From: the human T2T-CHM13v2.0 reference genome, Homo sapiens
Assembly: GCF_009914755.1 (NCBI RefSeq)
Contig: NC_060928.1
Strand: one strand, 5' to 3'
Length of the DNA: 64,000 nucleotides
Shown here piece after piece: positions 36,545 through 52,989 of this stretch (the stretch's first letter is position 1; the number at the start of each line of letters is the position of its first letter). The notes beneath the pieces are model-generated. The model worked only from the letters and a program-made list of their open reading frames with translations. It ran no database searches and was not told the origin of the DNA. The translations under genes and the position numbers were made by a program.

Positions 36545-37817
36545 TGTAGTAGTCTGTTCATGCTGCTTTGGCAAAACTGCACACACTAGATAATTTATAA
36601 AGAATGGGAGTTTATTTCTCACAGTGGTGACGGCTACAAAGTCCAAGATCAGGGCACCGGCAGACTTGGTATCTGGCGGGGACCCAGTGTCCCTTCCAAA
36701 ATGGTGCCTTGCTGCTGCATCTTCCAGAGGGGTGAGCTGTACCTTCACATGGCAGAAGGGACAAAGCGGGAGGAGGATGAACACTGTGTTCCCATGGCGG
36801 AAGAGCAGAAAAGGGCCTAAGCTAGTTCCTTCCAGCCCTTTTTATCACATAATCACTTCCTAGAAGGCCCCACTTCTTAATACCACCAGAAGAGAAATTA
36901 AGTGTTAACACATGCATTTTGGAGAGGACACATTCAAACCATAAGATTCTGACACTGGCCCCCCAAATTCATGTCCTTCTCACATACAAAATGCATTCAT
37001 TCCATCCCAGTAGTCTCCAAAATGTTAATTCATTCCATCTTCCACACAAAAGTGTAAAGTCCGTGTTCTCACCTAACTGTCATCAAGTCAGAGATAGGTT
37101 AGACTCAAAGGTGTGTTTCTTTCTTAGGCAAATTGCTCTTTAGCTGTTAACCTGTGAAATCAAGCAAGTTATATGCTCCCAAAATACAAATAGCTAGGCA
37201 GAAACAGGACCCACACTTCCAATCTAAAAGGGAGAAATAAGCCAGAAGAAAGGGCTAATGGGTACCGAGTAAGTCCCCAACTCAACAAGGCAAACAACAT
37301 TAACTCTTAAAGCTTGACAATAATCTTTGACTCCATGTCGAACCTCTGGACACACTGGGGTCCCCACCAGTGTGAAACTTAAATGTTTCAGCTGTCACTC
37401 ATTTAAGCCCCCTGCCTACAGTTTTCCCAGGCTGGTGCTGCATGCTGGTGGCTCAATAGTTCTGGGAGTGCAGGCATAGCCCTGCTCCCATGGCTCCACT
37501 GGATATTGCCCCAGTGGGGTGTCTTTGTGGTAGCCCCAACCCTGTGTTAGTTTTCTGCTTGTGCTTTCTGAGGGATCCTTCAAAATCTAGGTGAAGGCAG
37601 TCATACCTCCCCAGCTTGTGCACCCTACACACCCATAGAGTTAGCACCACATGTATGCCATCAAAGTTTACAGCCTGTATCTTCCAGAGCAGCAGCCTTA
37701 GCCACACCTAGGTCTGCTTGAGCCACCACACCAAAAACCCCTGCCTTTTATCACCACCACATTGGAGGTTAAGTTTCACCATAAATTTTGGAGAGAACCT
37801 ACCTTCAAACCATAGCA
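36545..37817 (-). mobile_element. MST (MSTC/D-like) element with internal deletion: LTR 36545-36946, partial internal, ~70 bp of the second LTR
   Basis: 'aagtccaagatcagggcaccggcagacttggtatctgg'; internal 'ggccccccaaattcatgtccttctcacat'; 'ttcaaaccata' occurs at both LTR ends; TSD CCTTG/CCTGG. Confidence 0.85.
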
Positions 37818-38254
37818 CCTGGTTGGAAACTTACCTCATATGGCATTTCTGCTTACTCTGAAGTTATAAGCAGGTCTATGGTTCTGTGTAGTCACAAAAC
37901 AGTCTAATTTTAGTTATAAGAATATTTCTAGTCTAAGAATTTAGTTGCTTGCTTTGAGGTTTCTTCAAATATTCTTCCTCCCCTCCCACCAAGCTAAGGC
38001 CAGAGGTTGGCAGCTACTTGCCTTTGAAATACTGTGAGATCATCTGCTCTTGTTCCTCATTCACACCTTTCCTTGTATCTTAACTACTGTTTAAAAACTA
38101 CCAAGATGAATGTCAGGGGAAGATGAAGCTGTGTTAGGTTAACAGCTCTCCTGGAAGAGGCAGTACCCAAAAAGTGTGGGTTTCAAGGCAGCAAAATGTG
38201 GCAGTAAATATTTATCTTGTTATCAATTTAACTCCATCTTTGCTCAATTTTAAT

Positions 38255-39925
38255 TCTTTTAATTTTATTGAGACTCATTTTACTGCTTAGCATGTGCACT
38301 AGCTTGACGTATGTTTCATATACTTCTGAAAATATGTACACGAAGTTATAAAGTAAATTTTTATATACATGTCAATGAGGAGGAATTTGTTGATACTGCT
38401 GTTTAAGTCTTCTATAACATTTTGGTTTTCTGTCTACTTGTTCTACAAGTACTGAGAGAAGAGGTTGAAATAGGCAACTATATTTGTGTATTTGTTTCTT
38501 TATCATTTTACTATTTCAGTTGTTCATATATTTTGAAACTTATTTGAAGCATATTAAGTGTGTGTGCATTTAAAATTGTCAAGTCTGAATAAATAGAAAG
38601 CTTTATATTTATTACTGAAGTCCCCCTTTGTCTATGCTAAAATTACTTGTTCTGAAGTCTGGTTTGTCTGATATTAGTTTTCATTAAATTTGGAAACCCT
38701 GCAGATATTTCTTCAAGTACTTTTGCTGTTTCTCCCCTTCCTCCTTTTGGAACTCCCATTGCCCAAATGTTAGACAACTTGATATTTCTTCACAGGTCAC
38801 CGAGTTATTGTGTATAATTAGTGCTTTTTTCTCTATATTCTTCATTTTTGCTAGTTTCTATTGCTTTATCTTTAAACTCACTATACTTCTTATTTCCTGC
38901 AAAGACCAATTTTCTGGTAATTTCATTTAGTGATATTTTTATTTTTAGTACTGTATTTTTCATATCTAGAAGTTATCTTTTTCATATGTGCCATTTTTTC
39001 TCTTAATTATGAACATTAATGTTTCCAATGACAACCCTGAGAATATTCAACATAATTGCAATAGCTTTCTTAATGTTCTTGTGTGCTAATTCTATCATAT
39101 CTTTATTTCTGTTTATGTCTGTTATCTGACATTTTCCTGGTTATAGGCCATATTTTCCTGCTTCATTGTATGTCTACTTATTTTTGACCGGATGCCAGAT
39201 ATTGTGGATTTTTCTTGTGTGTGCCAGATTTTGTTGTATTCCTTTTAAGTGGTGTTGAAATTTTTTGGCAAGCTGTCAAGTTACTTGAGGGGCAGTTTGA
39301 TTCATTTGAGGCTTGCTTTTAAAGCCTTTTAGAAGGCTTGTTTAGAGTAGTCACTACCCTTGGGTTTATTTAGCCCCCACTTCTATGATATGAGCAATTT
39401 AGGATCTTCACTGACTGCCCTGTGTATACAGTGAGTCTTTTCAACTCTGGTTAGTGGCAACTCATATATTTTCTGCCCCGGTATGAACTCTTGGGAGTTT
39501 TCATCTCTGGCAACTGCTGTTTCCAAGGAATTTGTCTTATGTTGGCTCATGCGAGCTCACTTTCTGCATATACAGTTTGGGTTTTAGTCAAGACCCAACA
39601 GGACCCCATGCAGATTTTGTAGCCTTAACTGCAAAGTTTCCTCTTTTTTGATATTCTATCCCACAAATTCTAGATTGCTTGATCTCCCTAAGGTCTGGTC
39701 TCCATCTCCTCAAGCCAATAAGACCAGTGGAAGAATCTCACTCTCTCTTCCATCATCTTGAAATTTTCTCTTGGAAGAAAGCTGATGAGATCATAGTATT
39801 CATTTCAGTGGTTTGCTTTGTCTGAGAGACAAGTCCTATACTTTCTATTGTCTAGTATGTAAACATAGTTTTTTCTATATTTTATTTTGTTTTTTTTTTC
39901 ATTGCTTACAACAGAGGGGTGATTC
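38255..39925 (-). mobile_element. Ancient L1M fragments (ORF2 EN through the 5' region)
   Basis: 'gtttaagtcttctataac...ctgtctacttgttctacaagtactgagaga' and 'gaagtctggtttgtctgatatta' match antisense L1 EN; a T-rich degenerate 5' region follows. Confidence 0.65.
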
Positions 39926-39942
39926 CAGACACTGTTACTTTC

Positions 39943-40093
39943 TTTTCCTATTTTTTTCTTTTTCTTTATTTTTTCTTAAGATGGGGTCTTGCCATGTTGT
40001 CCAGGCTGTTCTCAAACTCCTAGGCTCAGGCAATCCTCCCACCTCGGCCTCCCAAAGAGCTAGAATTACAGGCATGAGCTGCTGCACCTGGCC
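39943..40093 (-). mobile_element. FLAM_C-like free left Alu monomer with ~16-bp TSD
   Basis: 'agatggggtcttgccatgttgtccaggctg...cctggcc'; TSD AGACACTGTTACTTTC (39927-39942) / TGAAACTGTTACTTTC (40094-40109). Confidence 0.9.
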
Positions 40094-41349
40094 TGAAACT
40101 GTTACTTTCACATGGAAGCAGAAATGCTGCCATCAGTAATTTTAAAAATAACATTCCTGCTATGAATTTTGTATTTTTTATAAACTTTAGATGTGCAATT
40201 AGGAAAAACTTTTTTCTTTTAACACAAAGAGTGCTAACATCCACTTGTCATGAAAATTTGCTTGAATGCAGTTCATTACACAGATGATTTTCTACATCTT
40301 TCCTCAACTTGAAACAATATGATTGCTCAGTGGAATAGATTTTTTTAGATATTCTTTCATTATTATACTTCTTATACCAGTTGACAAGGTAATTTTTACC
40401 AACTTGCATGGCTTACACATTTTGTGATTCTGTTATTTTGTGATAAACAATACAGTTTTATCCTTCTGACTATTTTTTTCTAATATTCCAGGGAAAAATT
40501 GAGGTTTCCTAAGTCTTCCCTTAAATCTTGGAACTCTAATATATATAGTTGATGACTATTTTTTCTTTGCAAAGTCTTCCAATTAGGCTTCATGTTTTTT
40601 ACAGTTTTTGTATTAGAGTAGGCATGTTAGTAACTGTCTATTTGTATGAGAAATAAGAGCATCCAATTTTAAATATTTTCTTGATTTTAACATTTTTATT
40701 TATATTTGACATTTTAAAACATATTTATTTATTATATATAAATAGATTATATGTGATAGTAATGTCTATACATTCGAACTGATGAAATTACGTTTTATTG
40801 GTGATTCAAGTAAAATAAATAGTCTAAAAGTCAGTGATGAGACTTTATCAAAATGGTGAGCAACTGTTAGTAAAGTTGAAGACATAAACAAATTATAGTT
40901 TTCCTTTATTTGTATTACTAGAAAAGTCAGAATGAATAAAACTGTGCAAACATACTTTGTACTTTTTACATGACATGGAGGTCATTTCCAGGATCAGTTA
41001 TAGGGTAATTGTAAGCTCTTCACATGCACAATTACCCGGTAGTGCATTCAAAAGTTACACAGTACGTGGATAACTTCTTATAGTGAGGAACTGCCCTGAT
41101 ACTTCAGGATATCTAGACTCTTTTGATCTCATTCACTAAATGATTGTGGTACCCTCCAATCCACCCATCACTGTGGCTTCCAAGAAACCCTCACAAATTT
41201 CTGAAGCACAGAATTTAGGATGTTATCACCAGTGGTGTGAAATATTCAAAGAGTTAGGGAGAAATAAACGTTGGAATACATATAGAATATGCCAACCATT
41301 CACCTGTCTCTTTAAGGATCTTCTGTAAAAGAGCATTAAAAAAAAACCT

Positions 41350-41686
41350 TACTATGGTCTGGATGTTTGTGTCCCCTCAAAATTCATATATGAAACCCTA
41401 CCTTTAAAGGTGATGGTATTAAGAGGAGGAGACTTTGGGAGAAGATTAGATCATAAATGGGATTAGTATCCTTATAAAACAGGCCTAAGGGAGCTTTTGC
41501 CCCTTCCACCAAGTGAAGCCACAATGAGATGTTGTCACTTATGCACCAGAAAGTGGGTCCTCACCAGACACTGAATCTGCTGGCACCTTCATCTTGGACT
41601 TCCTAGCCCCTAGAATGGTGAGAAAGTTGTCTACAAACTACCCAGTTTATGGCATTTTGTTTTGGCAACCCAAATGGACTAAGATG
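41350..41686 (+). mobile_element. MLT1A-like LTR
   Basis: 'ctatggtctggatgtttgtgtcccctcaaaattcatat...cctcaccagacactgaatctgctggcaccttcatcttggacttcc...aaatggactaaga'. Confidence 0.9.
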
Positions 41687-41779
41687 TTCCACACCAAGAC
41701 ATTGACAAATACATTGGTGGGACTAGCACAGACTTCCATAACACTGATGGTAGTGGGTCTTTGTAGAGGAAGGATGAAC

Positions 41780-43725
<1,946 letters not shown>

Positions 43726-43859
43726 AAAACACTATACCCTCAAAGGCCCTAACCAAACCCCAAACCTATATACTAAGCAAATCAACAAGCCATTTACTTC
43801 ACAGTGAAAATGACAACTGTAAGTTCTATCCTTAGTAAACTCCATCCCCTCTCTTACTT

Positions 43860-44240
43860 ACAAATGTGTCCATGTCACCCTTCTTCCTCCTGTCTCCGCT
43901 TTAGACTCAGAATAGGAGCTGTGCACCCAGTTTAGGGATAATACCTCTCCTTTACTCTTGATGATATCTTGTTCCATTTTATTCAAGGCTTAGCTATTAT
44001 TCCTTTTACTCTTTCTATAGGTCTTTTTCAGGTACAGTGAAGTTCCATCTTATTTAAGAAGAACCCTCTCTTGACACTGAACCCCACCTCTAGCCTCAAA
44101 CAATATTTCTCCTTTCATGCCCAGATAAGTCCCTTGACAGACTGGCCTACCCTGATTGTCTCTACTTTCCCAAGTTGCTTTTACCCTGAAAATCCAAAGT
44201 TAATTTTTGTACCTATTCTTACTAGACTAGAGACATATAA
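43860..44240 (+). mobile_element. L2 ORF2 (RT) fragment
   Basis: 'aagaagaaccctctcttgac...atatttctcctttcatgcc' resembles the L2 KKPSLDP...PISLL region. Confidence 0.55.
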
Positions 44241-44804
44241 TATCAAGTAATTATTAAACCCAGAGAAATAATTTCTACGTGGAGATGTTTTAAGTTATCT
44301 CACATTAGACTTTGAGAAGCCCATACTACCTGTATTTATTCCAAGGCTAAAAAACAAAGCTAAGTATACTCTCTCAGCCTATAAGTAAAGTTGGGTGGAT
44401 TTCTCTGTCCTAGAGATCCTCCAAAGTACACACTCTCTCTACCAGGAATGACCCATGAAGCTGGGGCCCCCTGAGCCATAAAAAAGGTCTGAGACCTATT
44501 TTCTTCCATTGGCTTTTCAGGCAGTGGTTTCATATACCAAGTACAATCGTTATTTCTTAGTGTTTTCTTTGTCATATCTGAATAACTGAGAATCATTCTC
44601 AAATATTGTGCTGCGCGATAGCCTTTATTGCACAATCTATTAGTCTAATTGTGTCTGGCAAAATGTAATACAAATTATTATTAAACCTATGCAAGTAACT
44701 GTATTGTCATGAAAAGTAAGGGAAAGCAGTCAAAATATTTGTTTCTGAATTCTGTCAGTGAAAATCAGATACTATGGAAAAGATATATTTCATTTTATTT
44801 TTAA

Positions 44805-45218
<414 letters not shown>

Positions 45219-46313
45219 AACATATATTTTTAATAAAAATTCCTTCAATATTTCCTCTAAACATAAAGACATATTATGATAGTGAGGTCATTAAAACACC
45301 TCCAAGGTCTTCCAGTCTATTCTGTAGTCCCTGAAAAATTTATAGTAGCAACATTTTACCTGTACAAAATTATCATTTGATTTAACATTTCTCCCCATAA
45401 AGTTCTTATAATACTGTTAGTAGTAATTAAGAAATATGGAGCATAAAAAAACTAGTTATTTCCATATCCCTTTCTTCATAACGCAAATAAATGATTTTTT
45501 GACTCCCTGGAGAAAATCTCTAAGGTAGTTTTAAATATTAAAGAAATGCATTTTTTTTTTTTTGTAAATGGAGGATCTAATTTTGGTACAACAAAAATCA
45601 AACAAGTTTTTGAAGGTTTCTTGTCACTTGATTAAGAGAGAATCATGTGTGCCTGGTGAATAATAACTGCCTATCTATTTAATCAGTGTGTATTATAGCT
45701 TTTTAAGAAAGCATAAAAGGCAGTCACACCATCTATTGTAAGAAATATTAACTTTTTCAGGGGTGAGTGAAATGTGTTTTTTTTTTAGTTTTGTCAGTAA
45801 TCAAGGACATGATAAAGCATATACATCATGTTTACACGTCTGAAAAGTGACAAGAGCAACAGTACACATTCATTAACAAGACCAGAAAGTATCGCCACTC
45901 TGTATCATACTAAGACTAAGAATCAAAGGGACATGTGTTAACAACTATGCCTTATGATCAAGTTGTCAGTGTTCCTTCCTACTTAAAATTTACCCAGGGA
46001 TCCAAAGATTATTTATTAGCTAGACTTAATATTAGTCCAAGGTTATACAGTTAATTAAGAATCTTGGATGTCATGTTTTAAACTAACACATTAGAAAACA
46101 TGATTCTGCCTATATAAAACAATTTGTCAGACTTGTGACTCAATTTAGTTTAACACAGCTTTATATTAACCATAATGATAAATCATATTTTAGATTATTT
46201 GATTAGTAAAGCAGTGTAAGAAATTTAGTAAGTTCAGATGAACTAGTGTCAACTAATGTGAAAACAAACACAAATCTGAAAATCACATCAAGAAAAAGCC
46301 ATATAGCTGTGTT

Positions 46314-46673
46314 CATTTTTTAATTTTTTGTTTATATTTTTAAATTGACAAATTGAAATTGTATAGATTTACGGTGTACAACATATTTTAATATATGTTT
46401 GCATTGTGGATTGGCTAAATCAAGCCAATTAACATATGAATTACCTGATACGCTTGCTAATTTTTTGTGTGTATGGCAAGAGCACTGAAAATCTACTCTC
46501 TTAATAATTTTCATGTATACAATATAATGTTAGTAACTATACTCATCATGATACACAGTAGATCTTTAAAATTTATTCCTCCTAACTGAAATTTTGTGTC
46601 CTTTGACCAACATCTTCCTGACCACTCCCAGCCTTGGTAACCACTGTTTTACTCCCTGTTTCTATTAGTTCAA
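46314..46673 (-). mobile_element. L1MA-type 3' fragment with perfect 13-bp TSD ATATAGCTGTGTT
   Basis: 'ggctaaatcaagccaattaacatatg...aaaatctactctcttaataattttca...ccttggtaaccactgttttactc'; TSD at 46301-46313 and 46674-46686. Confidence 0.9.
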
Positions 46674-48247
46674 ATATAGCTGTGTTTTTAAATCAAACTC
46701 ATTCAAGTAATGTGATTTATCTAAGAATTTACCTGGACTGTATAAACTTGGGTTCTTATATAAAAATATTTCTTGGCTATCAGTTAAAAGAAAAAATTTC
46801 CTTAAAAGTCTAACACATATAAGTATGAAAAGTTCAGCTTTATTTTCTACAATTTTGGAGAAATACGAGATTTATGTCAGTCTTATTATTCTCTATGAAG
46901 TAATTAGAACAGAGCTCCTTTAATTAGAGGAACTTCAGAATCTAATTAATTGGAACCTAATGGAAGTAGGAAATAGTTTATACTGATGCAACAGATAAAG
47001 GTTTTTCTCAGTTACAGATGTGCAGGCACACAGCTTGCAGCTCCACTCTCAGCCGTGGGTAAATTAATCACTGAAACGCACTACATCAGACCTCAGAGAG
47101 ATGTCCTCCTTTCTAGTGGCCACAAAATGATTCCTTAATTGATTTGTGTGAACAGATAGAATAAAATAATAAGAAAGTAAACTCTCTACTATTTAACATG
47201 CAACAGAGAATAGATCCCCATCATCTTGGCAGGAATCACCAAAAGGTCAGATCATAAATCTGGTTTTCTGGTCATTGTCGCCGTTATTGAGGAATAACAT
47301 TTTGTATGTGCAAATGGAATGAGACTCTAAGAAAGACAAGAACCAAAGACACAAAGAAACAAACCAGTAGATATGAAACCTAGAGAAGTGCAGAAGTAAA
47401 ATTTGATTGCTACTTCAGGAGCAGCGTGAGAGAGAGAGAGAGAGAGTCTTGCCCTTACACAGTGCAGTTTAATTGGCTTCATTAAGTGAATTCACTTGGA
47501 CATCTTGGCAGTACCTCCAAAGGATAATTTTCAAAATGTAAAAATAAAATAAACACATGGTTCATACAAATATAAACAGCATGTGTCAAATATTTTCTTC
47601 ATCTTATTGATGAAAGAGTAAAATGGTAAGGTGAGTTCAGAAACTATTCATGGCTCCGGTCATTTGTAGTTAATTTCATTACAAATAAGATTGTCAATGT
47701 AGTTGCAAAAAATGTTTAATGTCGTACAGAAAAATAAGCCACAACCTTTATCTTTTCCATGAAAAGAAATTGCAACTGCAGTGGACAAAAATATGCAAGT
47801 TAATATGTAACCTAAGTCTAGGACTTTTAATTTGTTGTCAACAGTGAGCAGAATGAAGAACATTCTCCTAGATAATGCAATAAACCTTTGGTGGGCCTGG
47901 CAAACAATGCTTCTGAATATCATTGAAAAGACATGCCATCCACTTTTTTTTGAGGCCCTATTCCACATAACACACCTCATAAGCACTATGAGTACAACAG
48001 ATATAAAACTAAATCCATTATTATTTTTCAAAACATGTTTCTCTTTTTTACTTCCTCTTTTGGTTAGTGGCTTCACTATACACTCAATGACCATGTCCAA
48101 AGCTTGATAATCAGGCTCTTTCCTCCCTAACCTCATTCCCCATACAAAAGAATCACCTGTTCTATGTACATTATTTTTTCAAAGTTTTTGAGATCTTCTT
48201 TCTAAGCTTAATCCTTGCCAAATTTTTGCATCCTAAAGTCTCTGATT

Positions 48248-48966
48248 CAGTGTTTTCAAACTTGTGTGTTCATCAGAATCACATGAGGTGCGTTGTCTGT
48301 AGACTCTAAGATGGTTCCTGATTTCCCCTGTCTCCCAGTATTCAAGCCCTTGTATAAATCCCCCATCTTGAGTATGGACACCATGTGAATTGCTTCAAAA
48401 CAGTCAAAAGCGGCAAAGGTGATGGGAGGTCTCTTCCATGATTATGTTACATATGAGTAAAACTTTCCTCTTGCTAGCAGACTCTTTCCCTTGCTGACTT
48501 TAATGAAGTAAACCTCCACTTAGAGAGACCTATGTGACAAGGGACTGAAGAAGCCTCCAGGCAACAGCTAGCAAGGAGATGAAGCTCTTAGTCTGACAAC
48601 CCACAAGAAACTGAATCCTGCTAGCAGCCATCTGACCTTTGAAGCTGATCCTTTCCCAGTCAAACCTCAGATGGGACCCCATATTTGTCCAAAATATTAA
48701 CTGTAGCCTTGTGAGATATCCTGAAGTAGAAGACGTGGATAAACCATGTCCTAATTCCAGAAACTCTGAGATAATAAATGCTTGTTTTAGCTGCAAAATT
48801 TGTGGTAGTGTTTTACATAGTAATAAATAACTAATAAGAGAACTTTTAAAAAATACAGGTTCTCAGACCTCTTTAAATGTGGGATGGGGACCAGAGACCT
48901 GCAGAGCTTTTTTAAAGCGCTTCATGTAATTCTAATATTACGATATGCCTGATTTGTGAATCACTG
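48248..48966 (+). mobile_element. MER5-like hAT element split by MLT1F
   Basis: 'cagtgttttcaaactt...catcagaatcac' before the LTR and 'ttttttaaagcgcttcatgtaattctaat...gtgaatcactg' after it. Confidence 0.7.
48290..48836 (+). mobile_element. MLT1F-like solo LTR
   Basis: 'agactctaagatggttcc...ggcaaaggtgatggga...acagctagcaaggagatgaagctcttagtc...aagaaactgaatcctgc...ataactaata'. Confidence 0.85.
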
Positions 48967-48969
48967 TTC

Positions 48970-49440
48970 TAAGTCACATCCCTTCCTCCCATAAAATGTT
49001 TACATTGCTACCAGAATGTTCTTACTAAATCTCAGAAATGACCACACTTTTTGTGTGCTTTAAACCTCTCAATGACTGTACATTATCAATACAATAATGC
49101 AACTAGCTGGCCTGGAGTACATCATCTTCAATTATGCAGATATTATGTACCTCCTCAGTATAATCTTTTACCATTTCACCAAAGGCATCCTGCACTATAT
49201 GGAGCCAGTCCCCTGTGTCAGCAGTAACTACATCTCCATGAATTTGCTAGTGTTTCCTCTGCTTAGAAATTCCTGTCCTCTGTCCTAGCCCCCATCTGTT
49301 TGTATCTGGTAGATACAAATAAAATGTTAAATCTTCTGTGAATCATATATGTATTATAGGACTTATCACCTTGTGACATAATTAACTTTTAAAATGTATC
49401 TCTTGTCCAGTAGATGGTGGGCTTTTGCATGGGCTAGACT
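48970..49440 (+). mobile_element. L2 fragment
   Basis: 'cattgctaccagaatgttcttactaaatctcagaaatgaccacac...aacctctcaatgact' and 'tgtttcctctgcttagaaatt'. Confidence 0.55.
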
Positions 49441-52400
49441 CAAAGTTATGAATCTTTTAAAGTAGCATTTTAATAAGTTATATATCTATTGTATACATAG
49501 AGCAAAATTCATGCTACAAAGTTATTGTTCAATATAATATAAAATGAATAAAAAATATATTTGCTCAGCCCTAGTTGCTTATAAAATGCCATACATACCA
49601 TCTACAACCAAACCAGGAGTAGGGACCCTACTCCTATGTTTCCTAATTCAATTTTTTATAAAACAAATAATATAGGCAGCTTTCATTATTTATAGGAATT
49701 CTTCAGTAATTCCATTGGAAAGCAAAAAATCCTTCTGAGAGCATGTTACAATGTTACTTTTGCATATCCTTACTCTTTCTTTTCTTTAAGTTATATTGAG
49801 CTATTTGTCTTTTAAAGCAGAGTTCATCCGTATTTAGTGATATCAAATTATACATTTGAACAAATGCTTTTCTCTCTCTGGAAGTCACTGAATGTACATC
49901 AGGGCTAATGCTTAGATTTTTAAATCCTGGGAGAAAGAGAAAATGCAGCTCAGGCCCACATGTAGATAGACACTTAAATGTTTTTAAAACCAATGCAATG
50001 ACTCTGCAAGAATTGCATGGGCAACATTTGAATTCAAGTAAAATTTTAAAAATCCATGTTTCAAGTTAAATAAAAGGTATACCTTTCTGATGCTCCTAAC
50101 TGCTAGGAAAAATGCTAAGATTAAAGAATGACTCTATTAGCTGAGAGTGAGTTAGATACCTGTTTTCAAGTATTGCATCATTTCCTTGGAAAGGTCACAA
50201 ATATGGCTATTTAGAGTTTTGAGTTTTTAAGAAGAACAGAGTATAGAAAACATATTTTGTAATCAGAGCATAGATTAAATAAATGATCAACCACTCAAAA
50301 GAAAACAGGTAACACAGTTTCAAAACCACCTTTCTCTTATTTTTGGCTTTCCCAAGCCTCAACTTCCTGTACTATATTAGTGAGTAAGGGACAGATAGAG
50401 TAAAATAAAAGGAGGGTGTTTATTATATATTCTTGTTCTGTTCTCAAGTACTGTCATGTTTTAAATTAAATACTTGAAATGTATAATTTCTGTACAAAAT
50501 AGCAAATGCAGTTGAAGAACTAGGATAAAATCATGATAATTACTTCAGAAATTCATTCAATGACGTAAACCAGAATTGCCAAATATCAATAGTAATTTAC
50601 CTGGAATTTACCTGGGTGCACCTTCAGAGCTTTAACGTATGAGGTTATGTCTATATTTGTCAAATGAAAAGGCAGGCGATTCAATATCCAAGCATCTTTC
50701 TTACTAAGGGGAAAATAAGCAAATTGGTAGTTTTTCTATGTTGGCTCTCTCATTGTTACACAAAAAGCATTTAAATAATTACTGTTTGTGTTTCTCACTA
50801 TATGTTTCCAATTCACAAACTTAATTATATTTTCAGAATTTAAATTTCATTTGTCAAAAAATAGCTATTGTTTCTTAATTATCACAGAATTTTATTGCTG
50901 GAAGAGAGTTTTGAAGTTATCTATTTCATTGTTTCTCAACTAGATGACTACATGTTCAATTGGAAATGATAAAGCACATTTGCGTTTTTGAAACCCCTAA
51001 ACTAAGACAGCAGAGAAGAGGCAGAATAGAAAGAGGTGAAGAAGAGAATGGAGATGCATTCTCCCAAATGTTGAAAGAAAAGAAAAAGACACAGGCACTT
51101 AATACTTTGCTGAGTGGATCTTTGTTTGGTTAATGCGAACCTAGCTCCACATTTCATTTTCAGGTGAAGTGAGGACCATAAAATCTCACATTCTTTGTCC
51201 AATAGGAGGTACAAAAGCACAGGCATTCCCTAGCCAAGCAAGCTTTCCACCTTACCACCTAAATGTAATTCTCATAATCTTGGAACTGTAGCCTAACCAG
51301 AAGACTTTTCTTTCTTTCTCTTTGCCCTTTTCTAAACTTATGTGAAAACTTTCCCATTTTTTCAGACATCTGGCAAATGCATAGTGAGGTACACTGAAGT
51401 ACCATAAATCTAGATGCCAAAACACGTTTCACATTAATGTTTTCTACTTCTAATGGGAAAATAAAATTTATTAGAGGTAGATACTTATGTTTTCTCCTTC
51501 TGTAACTAAGTGGCAAACCCTTATTCATCTTTCAAATCCTTGCCTGAATTTCATCTCTACATTCTCAGTTTTCCTAGGGAACATTAACCATGCATTTTAC
51601 TTTGCTGGACTAAATTTATGGCTTGTGGACTTTCTAGTGTACTTATAACATTGCAACTTATTTTTCACATGTCAACACTTTAACTAGACTTTAAGCCCTT
51701 TGGAGCGAGAACTGTCACTCTTACTTCAGGGATTGGTAAAGTGGCTGTCACATACTACATACTCCATAAATATTTTATTTTAAAAGGTTGTTTGATTATT
51801 TGTAGGGCAATATGGATTCTAAAAATCATTTATGTTTGGTGAATTTTAAAGTCACCACTTTATGCATCATTGTATGCAAAATATTATTTTCTGAGTGAAT
51901 TTTCTGGCGATACTTTCATCTTATCTTTCTGAGTTCCAGTATTTATAGCATTTTTCTGTAAGGTAGGGGTATCAGTGTTCAAATCCATTTTACCTTAATC
52001 ATGAAACTGCAAAATAATTCTGGATCACAAGTGCTGTCTTTCAAAACAGGATTATTATAGTGTTCAAGACAGCTGCCAGAGATGAATGCACTTGCTTTGT
52101 TTCGTTAGCTGACCTGTTGATGTAACCTGTGGTTTTATATTTAAGAAGGCATAAACAGTTTGCAATTTTGTATCTGTTAGAACCAACTCCAAGAGGCTGG
52201 CAAATAGAAAATAATTTCTATTTGAAATTATGTCACTTGTCTGATTTGGGGTGAGAATATATTAGTGAAGACATTGTGAAAAAAAAGGCCTAGTAGCTTG
52301 CTTATGACCATTCTAATCATTGCACAGGATAATTTGTAATGCTCAATTTACATTCTTGATCTAGGTATTTATAATAATTTTCTAAAACAAAAAAGAGTCC

Positions 52401-52989
52401 ATTTCAGTCTGCATAATATGCAATTTTCTATAGACATTCCTTGCTCTTAGTAAATATATTTAATATCTCACACACAGTTTTAAAATTTTCAAAATTAATT
52501 GCTTAACAGCTTTCAATTTCTATACTCTATCATTGGTTTAAATACCCATCAATGAGTAACCAAGAGTTTCATAAATATAACTTGAAAATATGCAAGACTT
52601 CAAGAGAGGCACAACTCTTACGACTAACATTATTGTGAGAATAAACCATTTTCTCAGCTCCAAACCTCAAGACAGCTAGTGTTTTCTAGACCCAGTCTCT
52701 GGAAGTGAGGAAGAGGAGAAGGAATCATTTCTGTGTAGGCTGTAGAAGGACAAGGCCCAGTGCTGCCTGTTGTGGGTAATAACCCATTTAGATTTCCATT
52801 CATCTGGAATATCTTTTCTGGTATGAGTGTCCATTTTAAGTAGGCAAGAATGGAGTAGTAAGGGAGGTCACAATAGTTTTAAAAAAATCTGGTGTTTGAG
52901 AGTAAAGATGTTATGAGAAGGGATTGTAGGATCAAGCAAAGGTATTTAACTGAAAACTGACAAGTAGAGGAAGGAGGCAAGATGTCCAT

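Noticed and set aside
47660-48136. Longest ORF (158 aa, minus strand) with an overlapping plus-strand ORF
   Set aside because: No recognisable domain, composition typical of translated AT-rich DNA, and its start overlaps L2-like sequence.
52201-52224. 10-bp hairpin CAAATAGAAA/TTTCTATTTG
   Set aside because: Short and AT-rich; expected by chance in 64 kb.
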